In this document: piece after piece, positions 8,636-15,766 of the stretch
Layout of the letters: each line of letters opens with the position of its first letter
Numbering within the stretch: the first letter of the stretch is position 1
NCBI GenBank assembly: GCA_030681515.1
Contig: JAUXSE010000018.1
Coordinates: 7,790 to 31,789, forward strand
DNA from: Geothrix sp.
GTDB lineage: Bacteria; Acidobacteriota; Holophagae; Holophagales; Holophagaceae
Direction of reading: 5' to 3'
Length of the DNA: 24,000 nt
The notes under the pieces: generated by a model
What the model was told of the DNA's origin: nothing
The model's database searches: none
Seen by the model: only the letters and a program-made list of their open reading frames with translations
Made by a program: the position numbers and the translations under genes

Positions 8636-9582
8636 CCGCTGGATTGTCCCACGAATCGCGCAAGGGCTTCCCAGCGGCGGGCCCGCAGCGCTTCCGCGTC
8701 CAGGAGTCCGCCATCCGGGCCCCGGCGGTGGAGGAGCAGGCCGATGCAGCGCCGGTCCGAGGGCCGGTAGAACAGGGCGGGGCCGGTGTAGCCCAGGTGG
8801 AACCACCAGCCCGAGGGTGGCCCCGGCTCGGCGTCAAGGTCCGGGGCAGGCGGCGGGGCGTGTGCCGCGGGATCCTCCAGCACATGGATGCCGGGGCCGG
8901 GTGGAATCATGGACAACAATTGTCCATATTGCCCCTCGCCCGAAAAGGCGATCTTGAGGCCGAGACCCCAGCGGACGCCCTCCTCGCCTTCGGCCGTTTC
9001 CACGGCCATGCGCTCTGGCCAGCCCGCCGCCACCCACGGGGCCAGGGCGAGGCGCAGCTGGGGAGCGGTGGTGCCGAACCCTGCGTGGCCTGGCATTCCC
9101 GCCCGGGCGTTGGCGTCGTGGGGAAGACGCGGATCCCGGGGCGGAAGAGGCGCCGCCGTGGCCAGGGCCCAGGCCAGGGCATCGGGGCCATCGGGAACCC
9201 CGGTGGGAGCCATCGTCCAGGGTGCGGGGCTGAGGCCGGAGGCCTGGCCGAGCTTCGCGAAGGGGACACCGGTCTCGGCCTCCAGCAGCTCGGCCAACAG
9301 GCGGTAGTTCAGGTCCGAGTAGGTGGCCAGGCCGGGCGTGGCGGGGCGCAGCAGGGGATGCCCGGGCACATCCCGCCTCAATTGCGCGGCCAGAGGCTCG
9401 CCGGTGAAGGGCCGCCAGGGCGGCAGGCCGGAGTCGTGCGACAGCAGCTGGCGCACCGTGAGCGGCGTATCGCGGTCACGGAAGCCCAGGGTCCACCGCC
9501 GGTCCCCGTCCAGGTCCAGGAAGGCCAGCGCCAGCGGCGCCGTCACCAGGGGTTTGGTCAGCGAGGCAAGGTCGTAGAACAT
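8632..9582 (-). CDS. Beta-lactamase-fold serine hydrolase, N-terminally short
   Basis: SxxK (SLTK) occurs at residues 7-10, with a YSD(L)N Tyr motif and a GYTG third motif. No signal peptide is visible. ATG 9582 is the only ATG/GTG/TTG after the in-frame TGA at 9640-9642. Confidence 0.8.
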   Translation of the reverse strand: MFYDLASLTKPLVTAPLALAFLDLDGDRRWTLGFRDRDTPLTVRQLLSHDSGLPPWRPFTGEPLAAQLRRDVPGHPLLRPATPGLATYSDLNYRLLAELLEAETGVPFAKLGQASGLSPAPWTMAPTGVPDGPDALAWALATAAPLPPRDPRLPHDANARAGMPGHAGFGTTAPQLRLALAPWVAAGWPERMAVETAEGEEGVRWGLGLKIAFSGEGQYGQLLSMIPPGPGIHVLEDPAAHAPPPAPDLDAEPGPPSGWWFHLGYTGPALFYRPSDRRCIGLLLHRRGPDGGLLDAEALRARRWEALARFVGQSSG

Positions 9583-9639
9583 GGGCCCCCACGATGGGTC
9601 AGGATGGGCGCCGGGCGGTCCCCCTGACTGGCACGGCCG

Positions 9640-10605
9640 TCACGCCCGGCTCAGCTCCGCCAGGCTCCTGGCCACGGCCTTCTGCACCTGGTCGGCCACA
9701 CCCATGGCCTCCTGGCCCTCCTCCCAGGTGACGCCCTCCAGGCTGCGGCCCAGGCAGGCGGCGTGGAAGGCTTCGATCTCCAGGCGCAGGGGTTCGCCCT
9801 CCTCGATGCTGGCGGTTTCGGGATGCACCTCGGGACCGTCGGGGCCCATGACGAGACGCAGCAGCTCCAGCTTCTGGGTGGCGAAATCCAGGCTGGCGTA
9901 CTCCTTGTCGCCGAAGACGCGGAGGGTGCGCTCCTTCTTGCGGGCCACGCGGCTGGCGGTGACGGTGGCGAAGGCGCCGCCCTCGAACTTCAGCCGGGCA
10001 TTCACCAGATCGGCATAGGGCGTCAATACGGGTATTCCCACGGCCTCCACATCCACCACCGGACGCCCCACCAGGGCGCGAAGCAGGTCGAGGTCGTGGA
10101 TCATCACGTCCATCACCACGTCCACCTCCAGGCTGCGGGCGGGGAAGGGCGATACGCGCACGGCCTCCAGGAAGCGGGGCTTGAATCCGCGTTCCCGCAG
10201 GGCGGTGACGGCCGGGTTGAACCGCTCAAGGTGGCCCACCTGGGCGACGAGGCCCGGCCTGGCGGCGCGGGCCGCGGCCAGGGCCTTCAGCAGGGCCATG
10301 CCCTCGTCGAGGGTGGCGGCCAGGGGCTTCTCCATCAGGACGTGTTTGCCGGCCTTCAGGGCCTGGGTGCCGAGGGCGTGGTGGAAGCCCGTGGGCGCGG
10401 CGATCTGCACGGCGTCCACGTCCGCGAGCACCTGGTCCAGCGAGGCGGCCCAGGGGGCGTGGAACTTCGCGGCGATCCCGGGGCCCCGGACGGGGTCGGG
10501 ATCCACCACGGCGGCGAGAATGGCCTCCGGCGAAGAAGCTGCGATCCGGGCGTGATGCTGTCCGAGGTGACCCACCCCGACGACGGCGACTCTCAGCTTG
10601 CTCAT
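9640..10605 (-). CDS. Gfo/Idh/MocA family NAD(P)-dependent oxidoreductase
   Basis: Rossmann N-terminus MSKLRVAVVGVGHLGQHHA and the family motif GKHVLMEKPLA. I place the start at ATG 10605 with GGGAGGG 5 nt upstream; the track start at 10623 adds 6 residues. Confidence 0.85.
   Translation of the reverse strand: MSKLRVAVVGVGHLGQHHARIAASSPEAILAAVVDPDPVRGPGIAAKFHAPWAASLDQVLADVDAVQIAAPTGFHHALGTQALKAGKHVLMEKPLAATLDEGMALLKALAAARAARPGLVAQVGHLERFNPAVTALRERGFKPRFLEAVRVSPFPARSLEVDVVMDVMIHDLDLLRALVGRPVVDVEAVGIPVLTPYADLVNARLKFEGGAFATVTASRVARKKERTLRVFGDKEYASLDFATQKLELLRLVMGPDGPEVHPETASIEEGEPLRLEIEAFHAACLGRSLEGVTWEEGQEAMGVADQVQKAVARSLAELSRA
10554..10600. repeat. 47-bp perfect direct repeat, copy 1, inside the 5' end of the oxidoreductase CDS
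   Basis: gatgctgtccgaggtgacccaccccgacgacggcgactctcagcttg is identical to 10732-10778 by direct comparison. Confidence 0.9.
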
Positions 10606-10667
10606 GCTCTCCCTCCCAATCAATTTGGCTACCTCGGACAGGTCACGCCATCTGGCAGCCCGCGATC

Positions 10668-10690
10668 AGACGCCCCATTCAGGGGCGTCT
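10668..10690 (-). promoter_or_regulatory. GC-rich hairpin (9-bp stem), a candidate attenuator or terminator upstream of the oxidoreductase start
   Basis: agacgcccc-attca-ggggcgtct is a perfect 9-bp stem. A second hairpin at 10699-10726 pairs 11 of 12 positions (ccccgctgcgcg-ggct-cgcggagcgggg). Neither has a U-tract. Confidence 0.3.
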
Positions 10691-10783
10691 TCCCGCTCCC
10701 CCGCTGCGCGGGCTCGCGGAGCGGGGCCCCCGATGCTGTCCGAGGTGACCCACCCCGACGACGGCGACTCTCAGCTTGGACAT
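10679..10783 (-). other. 34-codon decoy/leader-like ORF or gene-fragment remnant
   Basis: Encodes MSKLRVAVVGVGHLGQHRGPRSASPRSGGAGRRP. The first 17 residues match the oxidoreductase. AGGAGG sits 5 nt upstream of the ATG, and the TGA stop (10679-10681) falls in the loop of the 10668-10690 hairpin. Confidence 0.4.
10732..10778. repeat. 47-bp perfect direct repeat, copy 2, 178 bp upstream in the gene sense
   Basis: Identical 47-mer. On the minus strand it is preceded by its own ATG (10783) and AGGAGG. Confidence 0.9.
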
Positions 10784-10849
10784 GACTTCCTCCTGACCAA
10801 CCGAGCCTAGCAGGGCTGCTACCCTGGGGGTCTTCTCCACGAGGCGACC

Positions 10850-11356
10850 ATGAATCTCAAGCTCGAAGCCGTGAACCTTCTCCGATGGCTGCATTTCGTG
10901 GCCATTGCCGTGGGCGGCGGCGCCGCCGTGGTCGCGCTCCTCCTTTCGGGATTCGAGGAGGACCGCGAGGATCTCCAGGGTCTGGCCGCGACGGTCTGGG
11001 CCAAGGTGGTGGTGTGGGCCTTCCGCCTGGCGCTCATCGTGGGCCTCGCCCTGCTGGTGATGATGATCCAGGGCGGCCGGAACCCCCTGAAGGACGGCAG
11101 CTACTTCCATCTCAAGCTGCTGCTGGTGTTCATCCTGTTGGGTCTCTCCGAAATGACGCCCAAGGCCCTCGCCGTGGGAAAGCGGGGCTCGGCCCTGCTG
11201 GTGCTGCTGCTCTTCCTGGCCTCCAGCTTCACGGTCTTCAACAAGGGACTCTTCGGTGGCCGTCCGAAGGCGGGTCCGGTGCTCCCGGTGAGCGCGGAGT
11301 CCACCTTGCCCCAGGCGACGCAGGCCTCGCCCGAGGTCCAGCGTCAACCCCGCTGA
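10850..11356 (+). CDS. Integral membrane protein with about 4 TM helices; function unknown
   Basis: 168 aa with four hydrophobic stretches (LLRWLHFVAIAVGGGAAVVALLL, VVVWAFRLALIVGLALLVMMI, YFHLKLLLVFILLGL, SALLVLLLFLASSFTVF). GAGG lies upstream of the ATG. Confidence 0.7.
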   Translation: MNLKLEAVNLLRWLHFVAIAVGGGAAVVALLLSGFEEDREDLQGLAATVWAKVVVWAFRLALIVGLALLVMMIQGGRNPLKDGSYFHLKLLLVFILLGLSEMTPKALAVGKRGSALLVLLLFLASSFTVFNKGLFGGRPKAGPVLPVSAESTLPQATQASPEVQRQPR

Positions 11357-11520
11357 CCCATGCGGATTCTGATACTGGCCCTGGCGGGGACGGGCTTCCT
11401 ACCTGCTGGGCCCGCGGAGCAGCGACAGCCCCGTGTTCTGGGACACCTTCCACAGCGCCCTCATCCGCGGCGTGGGTCACGGTGATACGGCTCTGAGCAT
11501 CACGCCCATTCCCGCGCCAA

Positions 11521-11560
11521 AGGCGCAGGAATAACTCGGGGCGCCGAATGGCGCCCGCTG
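11521..11560. repeat. Left copy of the imperfect ~40-bp direct repeat bracketing the low-GC islet
   Basis: Left AGGCGCAGGAATAACT----CGGGGCGCCGAATGGCGCCC-G aligns with right AGGCACAGGAATAACTAACTCGGGGCGCCGAA-GGCGCCCCG. It contains an imperfect hairpin (about 11537-11557). Confidence 0.8.
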
Positions 11561-11831
11561 AAGACTCAGGGCTGAGGCCGAAGCAGGAGCGAGGATCCAC
11601 TGTGTGAGAAGCGCATGGCCTAGAGGGCGCAACCCAGGAGGGGTTAAGCGGGGACTCCTCTTCTGATTTCCTGAAATTGCCGTTGTACCGAGAGATCCTT
11701 TCCGCGCGCCCGGGAAGGGGCGCATCATCGTGTGCAGGTGTGCAGTCAGAAATGTGTAGAACACAGAGCCTAGGTCACTGGCTGCTGGTAGCGTAGAGGC
11801 CAAACAAGAGGCTGGTATTTGGGAGGCCCCC

Positions 11832-14015
11832 TTGGGCAATAACCATGAATCTGTCTTTTCTTCGGACCAACCGGTTTCGAACAAGCTTGAAGATCAACTG
11901 AACCGTGCAGCGTTCTCGGAACGTGTGTCGGAGATCCTCGCTTCAGTTCCCTTGAGAGACAATTTGGTGGTGGGAATTCACGGCCCTTGGGGAGACGGGA
12001 AAACCAGCGTATTGAACCTGATCAGGGCTGAGCTGGGTGGTTACCACGACATTATTGTGAGGGACTTCAATCCGTGGCGATTGACAGATGAAGAGCAAAT
12101 GCTGCGGGGATTTATCACGATGCTTGCCTCTTCGATTGGTGAATCTCTAGCGACCCCTGGGGAGAGGGCCCAATCGATGTTTAGGAAATGGGCAGGCAAG
12201 GGGCGATTGGTCACCAAACCACTCAGCTGGGTTTGGAAGCCAGCCGAAACTGCTGACGAGTTATTAGCCGCATTGGGCAAGGTCGCCAAGTCAGGGGACA
12301 GCCTTGCACTTGATGACCTTCGGGGGCGCCTTGTTGAATGCCTCGGCGGATCTCTCAAGAGGGTTGTTGTTCTAATTGACGATGTCGATCGTCTCGACAA
12401 GCACGAAACGTATACCCTTTTCAAACTCATCAAGGCCTGTGCGGACTTTCCAAACGTTTGTTATCTGTTGGCTTTCGATGATGTGGCCGTTGCGAAGACG
12501 CTAGGGGACCGTTACGGAGAAGGCGGTGAACTAGCGGGTAGATCGTTTCTAGAAAAAATCATTCAGGTTCCCCTCAAGCTCCCAGCGCCAATGAAAGAGG
12601 ATCTTCGTCGGCTGTGTTTCCAGAATGTAGAGCTAGCGCTTGCCCGAGCAGGAATCGAGCTCACGGAGAATCAAGCTAGAGAATTCGTATCCAACTTCGA
12701 TCGAGGAGTATTAATACAGCTTGAAACCCCTAGAGCAGCAAAACGTTACGGCAACGCCCTGATGTTTGCTCTCCCACTGCTGAAAGGGGAAGTCGATGTC
12801 GTAGATCTGCTCCTTCTTGAGGCGCTGAGATCCTTTTATCCGACCATCTATGATCGGATTCGATCCGAGCAAACTGCGTTCTCTGGCCTTGATCAGGAAC
12901 GTGGCGGTCGGCCTGATGATACCCCGCGCGCAGTCCAGTTGCTCGCAGCAGAGCTTGATGGGTTGGACCCGAGATCCCAAGAATCTGTCAAGGCTCTCCT
13001 CGCGGGACTTTTCCCGCGTCTAAGGCCTTCGTACACGCGAGGAGGTCACTACGGGACAAGTTGGCTTCAATCCTGGGCCGAACGAAAGCGAGTGTGTTCC
13101 CCAGACTATTGCCCTCGCTACTTCACCTATTCAATTCCTCATGGGGATATCCGAGATTCAGAGATTGATGTCTTGATCGAAGCCGCCGTCAGATCTCAAC
13201 AAGAGATGGTATTCGACCTACTCAAAGGTCACTTCGAAAGTGATCGTTCTCGCAGGTTGATCGGGAAGCTACGTGCGATCGAAACGACTATCAATTCTCA
13301 AGCGGCTCCAATCCTGTGCATCGCGATTGCAGGGCTAGCAAAGCATATCCCGAACCCTCCTGCCTTTTTCAGGCATGCGGAGCCCCCCTCTCAGGCCGCC
13401 ATTTTGCTCTCTCACCTTGTTCGCCGGCTTTCTTCGTCGGATGACCGGAGCGCTCTAGCGCAACGGATTATCCAGGCCGCTGATCCGCTGTGGTTTGGAG
13501 CCGAGTGCCTACGTTGGTTCTATGTCACTGACGATGCTGACAAAGCAGAACACAACGCCCTCACAATGGAACAGCTAGTAGAAGTGCGATCGACCCTAGT
13601 CGAACGGGTCAGGGCCAGCTCGATTGAAGGTCAAGCAATGTTCAATCCTGAGGTACCACAGGAGGTAGATCTACTTATTGAGTGGCGCCGATTGGATGGG
13701 CGAGAACCTGTGCAAGCACACCTAACGAGAGTCTTCGACAATGACTCCAGGCAGATTTTCAGGTTTTTGGAAGCAATGTCTGGACAGCCTTGGGGAGTGG
13801 AGAATGGCTTGCCGTTGCCGCGAGAGATCGGTGGGGATCACTTAAAAAGCATTGAATTCCTAATCGGCCTCAACTTGACCGCAGAGTTGATTCAGAAGTA
13901 CTCCTTAAGCGAATTTGAGAATCCGCAACGACGCCCAGATCCCTCGAAGGGGGCAAACGAACGTCTGGCAGAGCAGTTTATGTATGCATACAAGAAACGT
14001 GGGGAGGAGAAGTAA
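11832..14015 (+). CDS. KAP-family P-loop NTPase (soluble, PifA-like architecture)
   Basis: TTG start with GGGAGG 5 nt upstream. An in-frame TAG at 11757 and the absence of any ATG before the P-loop force a non-ATG start. Walker A is GPWGDGKT (11982-12005) and Walker B is VVVLIDDVD (12363-12389). Also present: FNPW, YLLAFD and SFLEKIIQVPLKLP. 727 aa, with no TM insertions. Confidence 0.9.
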   Translation: MGNNHESVFSSDQPVSNKLEDQLNRAAFSERVSEILASVPLRDNLVVGIHGPWGDGKTSVLNLIRAELGGYHDIIVRDFNPWRLTDEEQMLRGFITMLASSIGESLATPGERAQSMFRKWAGKGRLVTKPLSWVWKPAETADELLAALGKVAKSGDSLALDDLRGRLVECLGGSLKRVVVLIDDVDRLDKHETYTLFKLIKACADFPNVCYLLAFDDVAVAKTLGDRYGEGGELAGRSFLEKIIQVPLKLPAPMKEDLRRLCFQNVELALARAGIELTENQAREFVSNFDRGVLIQLETPRAAKRYGNALMFALPLLKGEVDVVDLLLLEALRSFYPTIYDRIRSEQTAFSGLDQERGGRPDDTPRAVQLLAAELDGLDPRSQESVKALLAGLFPRLRPSYTRGGHYGTSWLQSWAERKRVCSPDYCPRYFTYSIPHGDIRDSEIDVLIEAAVRSQQEMVFDLLKGHFESDRSRRLIGKLRAIETTINSQAAPILCIAIAGLAKHIPNPPAFFRHAEPPSQAAILLSHLVRRLSSSDDRSALAQRIIQAADPLWFGAECLRWFYVTDDADKAEHNALTMEQLVEVRSTLVERVRASSIEGQAMFNPEVPQEVDLLIEWRRLDGREPVQAHLTRVFDNDSRQIFRFLEAMSGQPWGVENGLPLPREIGGDHLKSIEFLIGLNLTAELIQKYSLSEFENPQRRPDPSKGANERLAEQFMYAYKKRGEEK

Positions 14016-14037
14016 GAGGCCAAGGTCCCCTCTCTGG

Positions 14038-14082
14038 AGGCACAGGAATAACTAACTCGGGGCGCCGAAGGCGCCCCGAGCT
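14038..14082. repeat. Right copy of the imperfect direct repeat bracketing the islet
   Basis: See the left copy. This copy carries an extra AACT and a perfect hairpin. Confidence 0.8.
14056..14080. terminator. Hairpin between the convergent KAP and yebC genes, a likely bidirectional terminator
   Basis: ctcggggcgcc-gaa-ggcgccccgag is a perfect 11-bp stem with a 3-nt loop. It lies 41 nt after the KAP stop and 26 nt after the yebC stop. No clear U-tract. Confidence 0.55.
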
Positions 14083-14105
14083 TGACGGAATCAACGACAG
14101 GAACC

Positions 14106-14837
14106 TCAGTCCTCGGGCTCCTCGTATTCGCCGTTGTGCCACACGTTCTGCACATCGTCGTTGTCCTCCAGCAGGTCCACGAGCTTGAGGAAGCTGGCGA
14201 GCTTGGCGCCCTCCAGGGCGGTGCTGGTGCTGGGGGCCATGATCAGCTTGGCCTCGATGACGGGCAGCTTGGCGGCGTCCACGGCATCCTTCACGGCCTG
14301 GTAGGACTCGGGGCTGGTCTTGATGACCCAGGCCTCGCCCTCGTTGACCACGTCGTCGGCGCCGGCCTCCAGGGCCACCTCCATGAGCCTGTCCTCGGAG
14401 ACTTCCGGCTCGACCACGATCTGCCCCTGGTTGCTGAACAGGTAGGCCACCGAGCCCTGGGCGCCCAGTTCCCCGCCGAATTTGGTGAAGCAGCTCCGGA
14501 TTTCGGGCGTGGTGCGATTCTTGTTATCGGTCATGGCCTCGACCATGATGGCCACGCCGCCGGGGCCATAGGCCTCGTAGATGACTTCCTCGTAGGTCAC
14601 GCCTTCGAGTTCGCCGGTGCCCTTCTTGATGGCGCGCTCCCAGTTGTCCTTGGGCATGTTGCTGCCCTTGGCCTGGTCCACGGCCAGGCGCAGGCGGGGA
14701 TTGGCATTCACGTCGCCGCCACCGAGTCGCGCGGCCACGGTGATCTCCTTGAGGATCTTCGTGAAGACTTTCCCCCGCTTGGCGTCGGCGGCGCCCTTCT
14801 TGTGCTTGATGGTGGACCATTTGCTGTGGCCGGACAT
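14106..14837 (-). CDS. yebC: YebC/PmpR family DNA-binding transcriptional regulator / translation factor
   Basis: [32 protein letters not shown]...[21 protein letters not shown] is the unmistakable YebC signature. I place the start at ATG 14837 with AAGGAG upstream; the track start at 14858 adds 7 residues. Confidence 0.95.
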   Translation of the reverse strand: MSGHSKWSTIKHKKGAADAKRGKVFTKILKEITVAARLGGGDVNANPRLRLAVDQAKGSNMPKDNWERAIKKGTGELEGVTYEEVIYEAYGPGGVAIMVEAMTDNKNRTTPEIRSCFTKFGGELGAQGSVAYLFSNQGQIVVEPEVSEDRLMEVALEAGADDVVNEGEAWVIKTSPESYQAVKDAVDAAKLPVIEAKLIMAPSTSTALEGAKLASFLKLVDLLEDNDDVQNVWHNGEYEEPED

Positions 14838-14920
14838 GGGGTGCGCTCCTTCAATCAATCGTTCGTTCTGCTCAGCAACCGCTCCGCGTTTGCTGAGTAG
14901 GGGAAGAGAGTCTTTTCAAT

Positions 14921-14955
14921 GCTTCGGAATCGACGCGTAGCGGCGATTCCGAAGC
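14921..14955 (-). terminator. Strong hairpin immediately downstream of the TPR-like gene (terminator-like, no U-tract)
   Basis: gcttcggaatcg-acgcgtagcgg-cgattccgaagc is a perfect 12-bp stem with an 11-nt loop, starting 7 nt after the stop at 14962. Confidence 0.4.
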
Positions 14956-14961
14956 CGGGCC

Positions 14962-15681
14962 TCAACCGCGCAAGCCCCTGCGGGAAACACGGGCGAAGGG
15001 CGGGGCCTCCTGGCGGATCATGGGGCGCTCCAGGAGGAACTGGTACCACTGCTCGCCGTAGACCTTCATCTTGAGGGCCTTGCCGTTCTGCAGCTGGTTG
15101 CGGTTGGTGATGAGGCGCTCGTCACCCTTGCAGACGCCCAGGCCCTTGTTGAGGGTCTCGATGGCCTTGTCCCTTTCGCCCATCTCCACCAGCACGTAGG
15201 CGTAGACGGCGTAAAGCAGGCTTTCCTTCTTGCCGGACTTGAGGGCCAGGGCGAAGGTCTCCTTGGCCTTCTTCTTTTCGCCGCGCTTCCACTGGAGGAT
15301 GCCCAGCATGGCCTTGGCGATGTAGTGCTGCATGGAGGCGGAAGCCAGCAGGGGCTCGGCCTCCGCGTTCTTCTTGCGGAGGTACTGCACCACGCCGATC
15401 TGGCCATCAATGCTGCCCTTCACGAGGAACTGCTTGGGGGCGAAACGGTAGCCCTCCTTCATCACGTCGAGGGCCTTCTCGAACTGTTGCTTCTTGAGCA
15501 GGTCACCGGCCCGGGAGAAGATCTTCTCCAATTCCTGCTGGACCTGCCGCCCAAGCCAGATGAAGAGTCCGCCGCCGGTCAGCACGCCGAGAGGAAGGCT
15601 GATCCACAGTTTGATGCTCAGCAGGCTGGACAACAGGATCACGGCAAGGGCGGCGCCCAGGCCGATCAGGAGGTTTATCAC
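14962..15681 (-). CDS. Membrane-anchored TPR-like repeat protein
   Basis: GTG start 15681 with GGAG upstream. Two N-terminal hydrophobic helices (LLIGLGAALAVILLSSLLSI, ISLPLGVLTGGGLFIWL) are followed by helical repeat-like sequence (FEKALDVMKEGY..., AKAMLGILQWKRGEKKKAKETFALAL, AVYAYVLVEMGERDKAIETLNKGL). Confidence 0.65.
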   Translation of the reverse strand: MINLLIGLGAALAVILLSSLLSIKLWISLPLGVLTGGGLFIWLGRQVQQELEKIFSRAGDLLKKQQFEKALDVMKEGYRFAPKQFLVKGSIDGQIGVVQYLRKKNAEAEPLLASASMQHYIAKAMLGILQWKRGEKKKAKETFALALKSGKKESLLYAVYAYVLVEMGERDKAIETLNKGLGVCKGDERLITNRNQLQNGKALKMKVYGEQWYQFLLERPMIRQEAPPFARVSRRGLRG

Positions 15682-15766
15682 GAAGGCTCCGACGGCGCGG
15701 CCCGAGGCCGGGCCAAAGGGCCATTTTATCGGCCTTCGCCTCCGTTTTCCATGCAGAGCTTCAGAA

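Larger units (their letters stand above)
11521..14080. mobile_element. Putative horizontally acquired genomic islet carrying no mobility gene
   Basis: There is a sharp compositional drop. My spot counts of single 60-nt lines give 45-48% GC at 12421 and 13141, versus about 80% at 9001. The segment has flanking direct repeats, a single cargo gene, and native housekeeping genes on both sides. Confidence 0.45.

Noticed and set aside
8636-8806. 57-codon N-terminal extension of the SpoIID ORF
   Set aside because: A Pro/Gly/Arg-rich stretch overlapping the hydrolase gene. The internal ATG 8635 gives a canonical signal peptide and an ATGA overlap with the upstream stop.
10679-11347. 222-aa minus-strand ORF
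   Set aside because: It is mostly antisense to the 4-TM membrane protein gene. Only its last 34 codons (10679-10783), the duplicated oxidoreductase N-terminus, are meaningful, and those are reported separately.
11360-11485. 41-codon ORF MRILILALAGTGFLPAG... directly after the membrane-protein gene
   Set aside because: Too short, and its C-terminal half is R/P-rich junk. It may be a decayed gene fragment (Rossmann-like start), but I cannot support a functional CDS.
11521-14082. Integron gene-cassette / attC interpretation of the KAP islet
   Set aside because: The flanking repeats lack the RYYYAAC...GTTRRRY core-site pair. There is no intI or attI, and there is no cassette array.
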